From Patescibacteria group bacterium (GTDB lineage: Bacteria; Patescibacteriota; Doudnabacteria; UBA920), in contig WARV01000009.1 in NCBI GenBank assembly GCA_013387205.1, forward strand, positions 667 through 64,666: a DNA stretch of 64,000 nt, read 5' to 3'. The notes under the pieces were generated by a model. The model worked only from the letters and a program-made list of their open reading frames with translations. It was not told the DNA's origin and ran no database searches. Below, one piece after another: positions 9,787 through 20,004 of this stretch (within the stretch, counting starts at the first letter, position 1; every line of letters starts with the position of its first letter). Position numbers and translations under genes: made by a program.

Positions 9787-11102
9787 AGAGAAAAATTTTC
9801 AAAATGGATTTTATCCGGCAAAATGCCTGCTTTCAAGAAAGCATTAACCAGGCTCTCCATAAAACCTTTAGGGCCGCAGAGGTAGATGTCCCGTTGCTGG
9901 AAATCCGGCACCGCCTCTTTAATTTTATCCAAATCAATATGTCCATGCTTGAAGTTTGGGTTGGTCTCCTGGCTTAAAACATGGAATACGGGCAAGGAAG
10001 CGCTTTTGGACAAATTGTTTAACTCATCAAGGAATACGATGTCCTTGAAAGTTTTGTTTCCATAAATAAGCGCAGCCTTTTTGCCGTTTTTGGATATCTG
10101 TTCCGCCAGCGCCCTTATGGGAGTTATGCCAATGCCGCCGGCAATGAGCAAAATTTTATCGCTCTTGGAAAAGTTTTCAGTAAAGATTCCGTACGGGCCT
10201 TCTATTATTATTTTGGTGCCTGGCTTTAATAATTTTATCGTGGAAGTATAGTCGCCCACGTTTTTTATGGTAAGCCTTAAGGTTTGCCCGTTCGGAGCCG
10301 CTGACAGGGAAAAGGGATGGGCTTGCCACCAGAAACCTTTTTGCAGAAACCTGACAATCATGAATTGCCCGGCCTGTATCTTGAACTTCTCCATGTTTTT
10401 GCCGGAGATGTATACGGAAGTGACTTTTTCGTTTTCTGCCTTAACTTCTTTTACGTAAAACCTAAAATTTTTAAAATTCCAAAGAGGCAGAAAAATCCGG
10501 TAAAATGCCAGGCTTGCCAGGACAAAAGCGTACAGTAGGTACCAGTAATAAGTAAACAGGGCATTTCCCGCAAAGTCTCCGCCAAGACCCAGCTGGTGGC
10601 TAAAGGCCAAAGCAATGGCTAAATAAGTGAACAAGTGGGAAAAATACCACCATTCGTATTTGACTCTCGCTCTTACCAGGTAGAGCGAGTATCCCACGAC
10701 AAAAAGGAAAAGAAAGAGGCCTATAGCTGCCGCAAGTACGTCTTCGAAATTCCTGATGAAGTCCAAAATTTGGCTAAAAAACCCAAGGCCGGTATTAGCG
10801 GAATATCCCAAAGCCAAAAATATAGGATGGGCGATAATGAAGGTAATTAAGAATGTGCCGTTTAAGTGGTGGAGCCTTGATAGCCTGTCCAGGCCGAAAT
10901 TCTTTTCCAGCCATCCGGTCCTGCCAATCATCAGAAGCTGTAACAGCACAAAGAAGACACTTAAAAGGCCCATTAGCCTGCCAATAGCTAAAAAGGCGGA
11001 TGACATGCTAGTTCTAAACAGTATTCCCGAACCCTGCCACCAGAACCAGAAAATTATAAAAAGGTTAATGGCGAGAAACAAATAAAACCAATTTTTTCTC
11101 AT
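9783..11102 (-). CDS. Ferric reductase-like transmembrane + FAD/NAD-binding oxidoreductase
   Basis: TM His residues, HPFS, GPYG, IAGGIGITP, YLCGP, FENF. Confidence 0.92.
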   Translation of the reverse strand: MRKNWFYLFLAINLFIIFWFWWQGSGILFRTSMSSAFLAIGRLMGLLSVFFVLLQLLMIGRTGWLEKNFGLDRLSRLHHLNGTFLITFIIAHPIFLALGYSANTGLGFFSQILDFIRNFEDVLAAAIGLFLFLFVVGYSLYLVRARVKYEWWYFSHLFTYLAIALAFSHQLGLGGDFAGNALFTYYWYLLYAFVLASLAFYRIFLPLWNFKNFRFYVKEVKAENEKVTSVYISGKNMEKFKIQAGQFMIVRFLQKGFWWQAHPFSLSAAPNGQTLRLTIKNVGDYTSTIKLLKPGTKIIIEGPYGIFTENFSKSDKILLIAGGIGITPIRALAEQISKNGKKAALIYGNKTFKDIVFLDELNNLSKSASLPVFHVLSQETNPNFKHGHIDLDKIKEAVPDFQQRDIYLCGPKGFMESLVNAFLKAGILPDKIHFENFSL

Positions 11103-11123
11103 GGATTTTTTAAAAAATTTACT

Positions 11124-11290
11124 TAGAACCTATACGAAAAATCCTTTATGCTGCAATTCCCAATTTTCAGACAAAACAGCATAAAAATTTGTTCCGCTTA
11201 GCCTTCGGCTAAACATCAAAATTTGTAATGCTGTTTTGTCTCGAAAATTGGGAATTTCGCTTATAAACTATTTTTCGTATAGGTTCTTAA
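11124..11290 (+). repeat. Long-hairpin MITE-like element, copy 2
   Basis: TAGAACCTATACGAAAA...TTTTCGTATAGGTTCTTAA; same internal motifs. Confidence 0.85.
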
Positions 11291-12392
11291 ACGTCACAAC
11301 CACAATTTCCGAATTGGTGCCGACCCTTGAAACCGGCCCCCAGGTACCGACTCCGTCCGAAGTAAATACCAGCATCTTGCCGAAATACTTTAAGCCGTAG
11401 TCATAACCTTGGTAAATTTTATGTGTCAAATACATTAAAGGGAAGACCTGGGCACGGTGGGTGTGGCCGGAAATTTCCATGGATATTCCTGCTTGTTCGG
11501 CTACGTCCAAGTTAAACGGCGCGTGCTTAAGAAGTATGCTCGGCAAAGATTTGTTAAGGCCTATGCCAGCCAGGATTTTTTTATAATTTTCCCGTCCCGC
11601 GCTTTGGTGGTAATCAACGCCAATTATCTGCAAATTTTCAATGTTAACAAGGCGGTTATCCAAAACCGTTATGCCGGAATTTTTAACCGCTTTTATGAAT
11701 TTGCCATCCGTGGAAAATTCTTCGTGGTTGCCGCTGATAAAGTAACTTCCCATAGCAGGCTTAATGGCTGCTATCGGGGTAATGACTTTATTGGCATCTA
11801 TGGCCACGCCGTCATACAAGTCTCCGCCAATAAATAAAATATCCGGGTTTAAGGATTTGACTTTGTCAGCCAGCCTTTGGCTGTAAGAAATGTTCCTGAC
11901 CTGGCCTAAATGGATATCGCTTATCCAAACCGCGCGCCTGCCTTGCCATGAGGCTGGTAAGTTGGGCAAAGACACGGAAATTTCCGTGACCTTGAAAATG
12001 CTCGCGTGGATTAGGCCATAAATCCCTATTAGTAAACCTAAAGCCAAAACTGCCCTGCTTATTTGGATAACCGGAAAATTACCAGTCAGGATTCTTTCAA
12101 AAATTAAAATTATCGAAACTAAAATAGAAGCCAGGAACAAGAACCATAATATGCCCATCCAGGAGGCGGAAATAGTATATAAAATCCTGGTGAATAAATT
12201 GTTGAAGCGGAAGGCAAACAGGGAAGCCAGCAGGAAACTGACTGACAAAATTGCCATGGTGATTTTAAATGGCAAAAGTAGTCCTGCGCCTTCCAGGTTA
12301 AACAGCCTGGTTACGGTTTTATAAACTACCCAATGCCCGAAAAGTATAACAGCCTGGACAATTGAGATAAAAGTAATAATTTGGTAAGACAT
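11268..12392 (-). CDS. Membrane-bound metallophosphoesterase (YkuE/YaeI-like)
   Basis: SDIH, GGDLYD, GNHE, HAP, SGHTH motifs; N-terminal TMs. Confidence 0.92.
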   Translation of the reverse strand: MSYQIITFISIVQAVILFGHWVVYKTVTRLFNLEGAGLLLPFKITMAILSVSFLLASLFAFRFNNLFTRILYTISASWMGILWFLFLASILVSIILIFERILTGNFPVIQISRAVLALGLLIGIYGLIHASIFKVTEISVSLPNLPASWQGRRAVWISDIHLGQVRNISYSQRLADKVKSLNPDILFIGGDLYDGVAIDANKVITPIAAIKPAMGSYFISGNHEEFSTDGKFIKAVKNSGITVLDNRLVNIENLQIIGVDYHQSAGRENYKKILAGIGLNKSLPSILLKHAPFNLDVAEQAGISMEISGHTHRAQVFPLMYLTHKIYQGYDYGLKYFGKMLVFTSDGVGTWGPVSRVGTNSEIVVVTFKNLYEK

Positions 12393-12470
12393 ATCTTAAT
12401 TATAGCACTTTTTAACTTTTTGCGTGGTATACGCGTGGTGTAATAGAGGTAATCATTCGGGTGTTAAGAT

Positions 12471-12786
12471 ATGAAAAAAATTGGCCAATATTGGCTTTGC
12501 CGTGATATTTGTTCTGGGTTTGATGTTCAATTTGCTCGCCATGCCGCGGTTCGGCATGCAGTGGGATGAAGCTGTCCAGCAGCACCTGGCAAGAGCCAGC
12601 CTGTCTTTTGCCAAATCCGAAACTTCCCAAATCCAGCTGCTTAGGGATGATTTAACTTTTAATTGCACGGCTAATGCCAAGTACCTGATGTACTTTATAT
12701 CCATGAAGTTTATAAGTATGGCGAAAACGATCCCGCTTTTACAATCAACAGGATGGGATTGGACCTGCTATATGTTTTTAAATTGA
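12471..12786 (+). pseudogene. Truncated, frameshifted membrane protein (GT39/ArnT-like N-terminus)
   Basis: ATG+A7 out of frame with LANIGFAVIFVLG...FGMQWDE; the W-D-E motif after the first TM resembles GT-C glycosyltransferases. Confidence 0.45.
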
Positions 12787-12796
12787 AATAAAATAA

Positions 12797-12834
12797 ATTC
12801 TTCCTAATTTGACGGCCGTCAAATTAGGAAGAAT
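12797..12834. repeat. 38-bp perfect palindrome with ACGGCCGT core
   Basis: attcttcctaatttgacggccgtcaaattaggaagaat. Confidence 0.8.
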
Positions 12835-12858
12835 AAAAATAAAAAAATATCAAAAACA

Positions 12859-13494
12859 TCAGGGTGTTTGCAGAATTAGGGGACTGTCGTTCTTTGCGGA
12901 ATTTACCAGTGAGGATACCGGCCGCATTTGCATTAGTTCTCTGGGGAATGACGTTAGCATTTTTAAAAGATCATTTTTTTCAAAATCCGGATTAAGCCAG
13001 TCTTTCTCGCGGTTTAGCGGCAAAATTGCCGGCATGCGGTTATGGATTTTTGAAACCAAACTGTTCGGCTCAACCGTGATAATGGAAAAAGCCGGAGTTT
13101 TTTTATCGCTGCTTTCATCCCAAATGCCGGCGAATGCGAACAGTCCGTGAGTTTTTAACTCAAAGCGGTACGGGATTTTCTTTTGGCCTTGCTTTTCCCA
13201 TTCATAGAACCCGTCGCTTAAAATCAGGCAGCGCCGGTTTTGGAAATTATTTTTAAAAGTAGTTTTGGTTTCCAGGGTTTCTTTCCTGGTATTAATAAGC
13301 AGATTTTTACTCCAGGCGGGCTTAAGCCCCCATAAACCCATCTGGATTTGCTTCGGGGATGCGTTTAGGATTACCGGCAAAATTTGCGAGGGACGGGCAT
13401 TGAAGCGCGGGGCAAAAGGCAAAGCCGGCGCTTTGGCATTAAAGCGCTCGGATAGTATTTTATAATCAGACAATAATGAAAATGCTCCGCACAT
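12859..13494 (-). CDS. SRAP family abasic-site processing protein (YedK/HMCES-like)
   Basis: N-terminal MCG, RFNARP, WGL, RRCLI..DGFYEW, IHNRMP. Confidence 0.93.
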   Translation of the reverse strand: MCGAFSLLSDYKILSERFNAKAPALPFAPRFNARPSQILPVILNASPKQIQMGLWGLKPAWSKNLLINTRKETLETKTTFKNNFQNRRCLILSDGFYEWEKQGQKKIPYRFELKTHGLFAFAGIWDESSDKKTPAFSIITVEPNSLVSKIHNRMPAILPLNREKDWLNPDFEKNDLLKMLTSFPRELMQMRPVSSLVNSAKNDSPLILQTP

Positions 13495-13588
13495 AATTTG
13501 TTATATGCTAAAACGAAATTAAACCTTAAACCCCCGGCCACAGGCTGGGTTAAGATTTAGGTTTAAGGATTAATTGACGAGCCTTAGG

Positions 13589-13723
13589 CTAGGTGCCCCT
13601 TGGTCTGCCGCCTCCCCGGGAAGCGCGTCCTCCGGCGCTGGCAACCCTCCTGCGGACTTCAGGATCGGCAGAGGCCAGGCCTCTCTTGCTTTTGCCCTTT
13701 TCTTCGTTATAAGTTTTCATCAT
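13589..13723 (-). CDS. KGG-motif small stress protein (YciG/GsiB-like), 44 aa, absent from the ORF track
   Basis: MMKTYNEEKGKSKRGLASADPEVRRRVASAGGRASRGGGRPRGT; SD AGGAGGTGA; hairpin terminator downstream (~13518-13566). Confidence 0.85.
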   Translation of the reverse strand: MMKTYNEEKGKSKRGLASADPEVRRRVASAGGRASRGGGRPRGT

Positions 13724-13857
13724 AAAATTAAATCACCTCCTAAATCGCCTTAATTTTTAGCGATGATTAAATGGACGTATCAGGGCCAAAGCATTTTTTC
13801 GGTTATTGCAAAAATGCAGTAATAAAAAGATTTTATCGTCTTTATGCGTATTAATTA

Positions 13858-14066
13858 TAGAAGTAGTCTTGAAAACCTCATTTTGGCTGCAATTCCAGAA
13901 TTACGGCTGCAAACTTTTCATCAAAACTCGTCGTAACCTTGTCAGTCTCTCATGGGGCCTTAAGGCCCCATGAGGCATGATTCCGGCTACACTTTCGTTT
14001 CTCTTCAAAGTTTTCGCTTAAAAATTCTGGAATATCGCCTGAAAAGCAGCTTTTCAAGGCTACTTC
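13858..14066 (+). repeat. Long-hairpin MITE-like element, copy 3 (longer, different apex)
   Basis: Same termini and bulge motifs; apex ctcatggggccttaaggccccatgag. Confidence 0.85.
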
Positions 14067-14179
14067 GAAGTCAGGCCGCGGGCTTAAAAACGTCCATAGT
14101 TTTAGGACAAATATTTTAAAGCGCTGCTTTAAAAATGATAATTTCCTAACCACGCTTATTTAAAATTATTTTTTAAGAT

Positions 14180-14974
14180 ATGCATTTAAATTTATCAAAA
14201 ATCATTGCTTATTTCCTGCTTGCTGTGTTGGTTTTATCTGCGGCGCCTTTGCTTTTAAACCACGCCAGGCAGGCAAAAGCCGCTTCATTAAAGTACAAAA
14301 CTGCAGCGGTAGCCAAGGCCGGCGCCGCCAAATCCTCGGTTAAAATTCGGGGCTCCCTAAAAACAAAGAAGCCTCAAACAAATACGATAAAAGTTACAGC
14401 CGCCAGCACCGCTTCTACAACCACTAATCCAGCTGCTGAAAATAGCAATAGCGCATATCTGATTCTTTCTTCCTATTACATTTCGCCGGGGCAGTCGTTT
14501 AGCGTTTTTGGCAGGAGATTTTTGCCTAATGAAGAAGTGGAAGTGAGAATTGGCACAACGGCTAAAACCGTTAAAGCCGACAAGAACGGAGAATTTTCCG
14601 TAAATAACATTGGCACCGATCTTGGCAGCTTGAACAATGTGCTGCTTATTTCCGCTACTGGCAAAACCAGCGGGCAAGTAAATCCAATCACGCTCAAAGT
14701 CGGCAGCTTCTATCCTTTTGTCTCGCCCAGCAGCTATTATTTGCATAGCGGCGAAAGAGTTAGCTTTAACGGCATAAGGTTTGCGCCAGGCGAGCAGGTA
14801 TCCATTGAAAGCGGCAAACAGGTTTTGGCAACTGTCTCTGCCGATAGTTCCGGAAGCCTCACCACGCCGCAGTTTGACGTGCCTGGTGCCCTAGGAGATA
14901 AAACATATACCTTTACCGGACAGACCAGCAAGCTATCTTACCAAGTGAAAATTAAAATAGGACAAAAGCAATAA
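14180..14974 (+). CDS. Secreted protein with two Ig-like repeats
   Basis: Signal peptide; repeated SSYY..G....F.G.RF.P.E.V units. Confidence 0.8.
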   Translation: MHLNLSKIIAYFLLAVLVLSAAPLLLNHARQAKAASLKYKTAAVAKAGAAKSSVKIRGSLKTKKPQTNTIKVTAASTASTTTNPAAENSNSAYLILSSYYISPGQSFSVFGRRFLPNEEVEVRIGTTAKTVKADKNGEFSVNNIGTDLGSLNNVLLISATGKTSGQVNPITLKVGSFYPFVSPSSYYLHSGERVSFNGIRFAPGEQVSIESGKQVLATVSADSSGSLTTPQFDVPGALGDKTYTFTGQTSKLSYQVKIKIGQKQ

Positions 14975-14979
14975 AAAAC

Positions 14980-15085
14980 CCCGCCCCGCCCTTTCTTTTA
15001 AAAGATAACTCATTGCTTATCCATCAATCAAAAATTGATAGTAAAGACAATGTGTTACTCTCAAAGGAAAGGGCGGGGCGGGATT
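14980..15085. terminator. ~105-bp long imperfect hairpin between convergent genes
   Basis: cccgccccgccctttc...gaaagggcggggcggg with pairing along the whole length. Confidence 0.65.
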
Positions 15086-15089
15086 AAAT

Positions 15090-15464
15090 TTACATCGCTT
15101 CCGGCTTTTGGTATTTCGCGATTGAGCCAGCGCTCCATCCGGCAAAGATCACGACCAGAACTCCTAATATCATGTTATTCCACAACGCGTTTGTGGTTGA
15201 AGAGAATCCTAAGAGGAAAGGGGAGAAGAATGTCCAGATTCCCAGAAGCACGTTAAGCCACCTGGTCCAAACCATCCTGGCATTCGCCATTCCTATGAGG
15301 GCGAGGATAAGCACCAATACACCGACAATTATGTCATTCCTGGTGGCGTTGCTGACAGAGGAAAATCTTATTATGTACGGTGAAATGATTAGCCAGATAC
15401 CGGCCAGAATGCTTAAGATACTCCCGGTCCTGGCGGCCCTATTGTTGTCTACAGTTGTTGCCAT
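15090..15464 (-). CDS. SPW repeat membrane protein
   Basis: Two GIW..ISP repeats; SD-like AAAGGGGG; start at MATTV. Confidence 0.88.
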   Translation of the reverse strand: MATTVDNNRAARTGSILSILAGIWLIISPYIIRFSSVSNATRNDIIVGVLVLILALIGMANARMVWTRWLNVLLGIWTFFSPFLLGFSSTTNALWNNMILGVLVVIFAGWSAGSIAKYQKPEAM

Positions 15465-15484
15465 ATGTCTCACCCCCTTTCTAT

Positions 15485-15650
15485 TAGAGTTGGTCTCAAA
15501 ACCCCATTTTGGCTGCAAGTGCAAATTTTTGGCATCTTGCCAAAAAAAATTTTTCAGCTTAGCTCTAGCTAAACCTCAAAATTTATTTCCGCCAATCTGC
15601 TCAGAAATTTGCACTTTCGCCTGAAAAGCAGGTTTTGAGACCAACTCTAG
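15485..15650 (+). repeat. Long-hairpin MITE-like element, copy 4
   Basis: TAGAGTTGGTCTCAAAA...TTTTGAGACCAACTCTAG. Confidence 0.85.
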
Positions 15651-15734
15651 TTTGTCCCTATATTTGACGAGGGGCTTTTTGGTTAGTGACAAACAAAAAA
15701 AGGAGCAAGCGGGTACGCTGCTCCTTAGGGTTTT

Positions 15735-16121
15735 TCAGGATAGGCTGTCTAAAAACATCTTTAACGCTTCCGAAGATCCGGATTTTCCCAGGAAAGTGTC
15801 GAAATGTTCCTTAAAGTGCAAAACATCTTCTTCGCCAAATCCGGTATGCAATGCAATGGTAATGTTGAGCCCAGCGGACTTAATCCGTTTGCATATTTCC
15901 CAGCCATCATTGCAGCTCCGGTTTTTCCTGTTGTCCAGATTGCCGCCCACGATCGCGGCTGTAATGCCATGCGATATAAGGGAGTCTTTTTCTGCCAGTT
16001 TTCTCGCCTCCTCTAAAGTTCTCGCTTCCAAGGCCAGATTATGCTTGCCATACATGCCAATCATCCGCCTTAAGAATAAAATATTCAATTCGCAGTCTTC
16101 TGCCACCAGAATTTTAGCCAT
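15735..16121 (-). CDS. Atypical single-domain response regulator receiver
   Basis: KILVAED...DGWEICKRIK...HTG...FLGK; the phospho-acceptor Asp appears replaced. Confidence 0.65.
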   Translation of the reverse strand: MAKILVAEDCELNILFLRRMIGMYGKHNLALEARTLEEARKLAEKDSLISHGITAAIVGGNLDNRKNRSCNDGWEICKRIKSAGLNITIALHTGFGEEDVLHFKEHFDTFLGKSGSSEALKMFLDSLS

Positions 16122-16259
16122 CCTGATTCAAATCCTCCTCTTAAGATTTGTAGGAGGCATGGTAGCAAAATATAATTGTTGTTTCAAGGGCTTTGGCAGG
16201 AAAATATTTTTTTCTGCCATTGCAAGCCTAAAAAAGTAGGTTTTGGAACTACTTCCTAA

Positions 16260-16847
16260 TTATTGCTTTTTTTCTTCTTCCGGTTTTAGTTCTGGTTTCG
16301 GCCTGAAAAATATCACCAAAAGCAGCAGGCTGATGGACAGCGATGCCAGCCAACCCGCCAGGGCGATTAAGGTTATGCCGTTAATCCTGTTTTCGATTTC
16401 TTTTAAGGACCTGCCGACTAAAACATAGCCGGATCCGCTGCTGGAAGTATAATGGGTTATTACGGCCGCAATCCGCACGTCTTTTTTCGGCTGCCATGTT
16501 ACCCTGTATTCTCCGCGTTTTTTAGTGGTATCAAAAACTCCGGAAGGGGGAGTGGGCGCGTTGCCGTCCAGCTTGGCTGAAGTGGCTACGGATTTTCCGG
16601 ATTCGTCGAATACCATGATGAAAGGGGATAAAGATTGGGCCATGTCCGTGGAATCTGCCGGTACCAGGGAAGCAGGCGGTATTCCGGTACCCAAAACTTT
16701 AGCCGCGTCCTGGGCGACCTGGATTTGCGGGTCATTGGCGTCCATCCTTAAAATTTGCTGCCCGATCGTGTAGAAAGACCCGAAAATAAGTGTCAATACA
16801 GCCGCGCCAATTATCCAAATTTTTAAAGGTGTTTTGAAATTTTCCAT
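16260..16847 (-). CDS. Two-TM hypothetical protein with sensor-like extracytoplasmic domain
   Basis: QQILRMDANDPQIQ...SLSPF...RVTWQP...VGRSLKE. Confidence 0.8.
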   Translation of the reverse strand: MENFKTPLKIWIIGAAVLTLIFGSFYTIGQQILRMDANDPQIQVAQDAAKVLGTGIPPASLVPADSTDMAQSLSPFIMVFDESGKSVATSAKLDGNAPTPPSGVFDTTKKRGEYRVTWQPKKDVRIAAVITHYTSSSGSGYVLVGRSLKEIENRINGITLIALAGWLASLSISLLLLVIFFRPKPELKPEEEKKQ

Positions 16848-17027
16848 AAAATATTTTTTTAATTTCGTTTAAATTCTAGCATACTAGCATATATGACGGT
16901 TTAACAATAACCCTCTTGAACCCTGGGGGTTTCATTTTTTTTGGCTTAAGGATATTGGTTTAAAGCGTGGCGCGGCATAAAACCGCGGTAAGCCTTAATT
17001 CAGCCAAGTTTTCTTTGTAACCCGGTA

Positions 17028-17067
17028 TTGACAAAATTAATTAGCTGCCTTATAATTAGGTAGCTAA
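17028..17067 (+). promoter_or_regulatory. Consensus sigma70 promoter with overlapping palindromic operator (probable MarR site)
   Basis: TTGACA(17028)-17 nt-TATAAT(17051); ttagctgcct-tataatt-aggtagctaa inverted repeat around the -10. Confidence 0.8.
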
Positions 17068-17079
17068 CTATAATAATTT

Positions 17080-17511
17080 ATGGAACATTTAACCCCCAAA
17101 TTAAAGCACTTGGTGTTTGCCATAAGCAAATCGATAAAAATGGATTTGGAACACAGGTTTGCCAAGGCAGAAGTGAAAATAACTCCTTTCCAGTTTGCTG
17201 TGCTAAAGCATATCAAGACAGGGCAGTTTACTGCCAATGGACTGGCCGGACACTTATCTATAAAGCCGCCGTCGCTAGTTCCAGTACTGGATGCTTTGTC
17301 CAAAGGCGGGTACATTGCCAAAAGCCATGACAAACTTGACCGCAGGAAAATCCATTTGTCCCTGACAGGGAAAGGCCAATACCTGCTTAACCACATCAGC
17401 TGCAGCGACCAGTCCGATTTGCTTTATCACGCCCTGCGCAAACTTGGCCAGAAAAAAGCCAGCAGTTTAATTGCCTTGCTTTCGGAACTGTCAGCCAATT
17501 TGGAAAAGTAA
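17080..17511 (+). CDS. MarR family transcriptional regulator
   Basis: ITPFQFAVL...L..GGYI...DRRKIHLSLTGKG. Confidence 0.9.
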   Translation: MEHLTPKLKHLVFAISKSIKMDLEHRFAKAEVKITPFQFAVLKHIKTGQFTANGLAGHLSIKPPSLVPVLDALSKGGYIAKSHDKLDRRKIHLSLTGKGQYLLNHISCSDQSDLLYHALRKLGQKKASSLIALLSELSANLEK

Positions 17512-17567
17512 CCATCATTAAAAATATCAGCTAGGGCAAAGCCAGCTGGCTTTGCCTGTAACATATC

Positions 17568-19865
17568 ATGGATTCTAATGTCGCCAATTTAAAAATCGTA
17601 GGAGCCGAAAGCCGGCCTGAAGAAGTAGTTCCTAAAGCCGGGTTCCGCAAGTGGGCGCCTTTAATCGTGCTTAGCCTGGCTTTGGCCATTGTCATTTTAG
17701 ATACTACTATTTTGAACGTTTCGTTAAGGGTGATTATCAACGATTTGCACACGGATATAGAAAACATCCAGTGGGTGATAACCGCTTACTCCCTAATACT
17801 GGCCGCTTTTACCATTACCGGCGGCAGGTTGGGTGATTTGTTCGGCCGCAAAAAAATGTTCGTTTTGGGCGCGGTTATTTTTGCCGTTGGCTCATTCGTT
17901 GCTTCCATCAGCAAAAATGTAGGCATGATGATTGCCGGTGAAGCGATAATAGAAGGGATAGGCGCGGCTTTAATGATGCCAGCCACGGCCTCCCTGCTCG
18001 TTTCCAATTACAAGGGGCGCGACCGCGCCATTGCTTTTGGCGTCTGGGGCGGAATTGCCGGGGCTGCCGCGGCTTTGGGCCCAATCTCCGGCGGATATTT
18101 GGCTACCAATTACACCTGGCGCTGGGCTTTCCGCATTAACGTATTTGTGGCAGCTATGCTGGTTTTAGGGTCTTTCTTAATCAAAGAATTTAAGGACAAA
18201 GAAGAAAAACCAGGTTTGGATTTTGGCGGCATAATTTTGTCAGCGCTTGGTTTATTATCAATCGTGTTTGGTTTTATTAAAGCAACAGATTACGGCTGGC
18301 TGAAAGCCAAAGCGCCAATGGTGCTGTTTGGCCACCAGCTGAACTTGGGCAGCTTGTCAGTGGTGCCGCTCTTTATCGGCCTTGGAATAATCATTATGGG
18401 CTTTTTCCTGTTTTGGGAAAAACGCATGGCTAAGAAATGCAAAACGCCTTTGGTTTCTTTGCGGCTGTTTAAAAACAAGCAGTTTACCATAGGCGCCTCC
18501 ACGTCCGCAATTCTGGCCTTGGGCCAGGCAGGTTTGATTTTTTCCGTGCCCGTATTTTTCCAGGCGGTTAAGGGACTCGATGCTTTCCATACCGGGATAG
18601 CCATGCTGCCCATGTCAATCACATTGCTCGTGGCCGCACCGCTCTCTGCGCTCATTTCCAAATATTTGTCGCCAAAAAGTATTATCCAAATCGGCCTGGC
18701 TATCAGCGTAGCATCTTTCTTTGTGCTGCGGATGGGGATTAATCCTTCATACAGCCAGTGGGCGCTTTCTCCGGGATTTATCTTGTTCGGTTTAGGGATG
18801 GGATTAATGATGGCGCAGGCCAGCAACATAACCTTGTCCGCGGTTTCGGTGCAGGAGTCGGGAGAAGCTTCGGGAGTCAACAACACGTTCAGGCAAGTCG
18901 GGTCCACTTTGGGATCCGCGATTTTGGGAGCGGTTTTGCTTTCCACTCTGGCCACTAATGTCTCAACAGGCATCAGCCAAAGCACGGTGATTCCGGACAA
19001 TTTGAAACCTAAAATAGAAAGCGCGGTTGCCGCGCAGTCTTCCAATATTGAATTTAGTAGCGGACCGGCTGCCGGCAGTGTTAATCTTCCGGAGAGCATA
19101 AAAAATGAAATAACCAGGATTAAAAATGACGCGATTGCCAAATCCAACAAGACCGCATTGGCTTATGGCTCCATATTTATTATTTTAGGCTTCATTATTT
19201 CGTTCTGGCTGCCAAAAGGCAGGGACGTGGAAACCGAGCAGTCAGTAGCCGAGCCTGAAAATAGCGAATTGGTTCCGGTTAAAAAAGCGCGCGCCAGCGC
19301 AATGGTATTCGCCTTGCTTATGGCAATTATTGCCGGCATCTCAGGTTTTTATATCGGCAAAAATAAATACGACAGGCAGGACCAGCGGCAAAACAGCCAA
19401 CCGGCGGTTCTTGGCCAGAATATAACCAATTCCAACACCGATCCGGTTCAGCCAAGAGGCCAGCAGCCGGCCGCACCGGCCCAGCAAACGCCAGCGCAGG
19501 ATAATCGGGAAACGGCCTATAATAATACAGACATGCACTTTAGCCTAATGCTGCCATCTGGCTATAAAGTGGAAAAGACTACGGGCAGCGAGGCTGATAT
19601 TATTTCACAGGATAAATCGCGCTATAGCGTGCAGGTTTATAATGCAAACAGCGGAGACGGCCAGGCTTTGAAAGATTTTTTGTCTGCCCAAAAAGATTTG
19701 CATAACGTGAGCGAGGCCAAAGTAGGCAACCAGGATGCGTTTCGATTCCAGATCGACGGCACCTATAAACAAGGTTATGCGTTTTTGGCTAACGGCCGGC
19801 TGTATTATTTGCTGGGGCCGGAATCTTCGGATCAGCCTTTGTGGGCAAGCTTTACCGCGCTGTAA
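17568..19865 (+). CDS. DHA2 MFS efflux transporter with extra C-terminal TM and extracellular domain
   Basis: LDTTILNVSL, GGRLGDLFGRKK; ~14 TM then ~200 aa extension. Confidence 0.9.
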   Translation: MDSNVANLKIVGAESRPEEVVPKAGFRKWAPLIVLSLALAIVILDTTILNVSLRVIINDLHTDIENIQWVITAYSLILAAFTITGGRLGDLFGRKKMFVLGAVIFAVGSFVASISKNVGMMIAGEAIIEGIGAALMMPATASLLVSNYKGRDRAIAFGVWGGIAGAAAALGPISGGYLATNYTWRWAFRINVFVAAMLVLGSFLIKEFKDKEEKPGLDFGGIILSALGLLSIVFGFIKATDYGWLKAKAPMVLFGHQLNLGSLSVVPLFIGLGIIIMGFFLFWEKRMAKKCKTPLVSLRLFKNKQFTIGASTSAILALGQAGLIFSVPVFFQAVKGLDAFHTGIAMLPMSITLLVAAPLSALISKYLSPKSIIQIGLAISVASFFVLRMGINPSYSQWALSPGFILFGLGMGLMMAQASNITLSAVSVQESGEASGVNNTFRQVGSTLGSAILGAVLLSTLATNVSTGISQSTVIPDNLKPKIESAVAAQSSNIEFSSGPAAGSVNLPESIKNEITRIKNDAIAKSNKTALAYGSIFIILGFIISFWLPKGRDVETEQSVAEPENSELVPVKKARASAMVFALLMAIIAGISGFYIGKNKYDRQDQRQNSQPAVLGQNITNSNTDPVQPRGQQPAAPAQQTPAQDNRETAYNNTDMHFSLMLPSGYKVEKTTGSEADIISQDKSRYSVQVYNANSGDGQALKDFLSAQKDLHNVSEAKVGNQDAFRFQIDGTYKQGYAFLANGRLYYLLGPESSDQPLWASFTAL

Positions 19866-20004
19866 ATTTAATCATGGTTTAGTAAAAAACAAGGGGCATC
19901 CTTGCGCAGCGCAAGGATGCCCCTTGTATCGCAAGGCTTGCTATAAGGCTTTGAATATCCACCTCATTTTTTGTTATAATGAAACAAATATTAACTTTAA
20001 ATTT

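Noticed and set aside
18290-19150. 286-aa minus-strand ORF and other long shadow ORFs
   Set aside because: Antisense to well-supported genes; no recognisable motifs.
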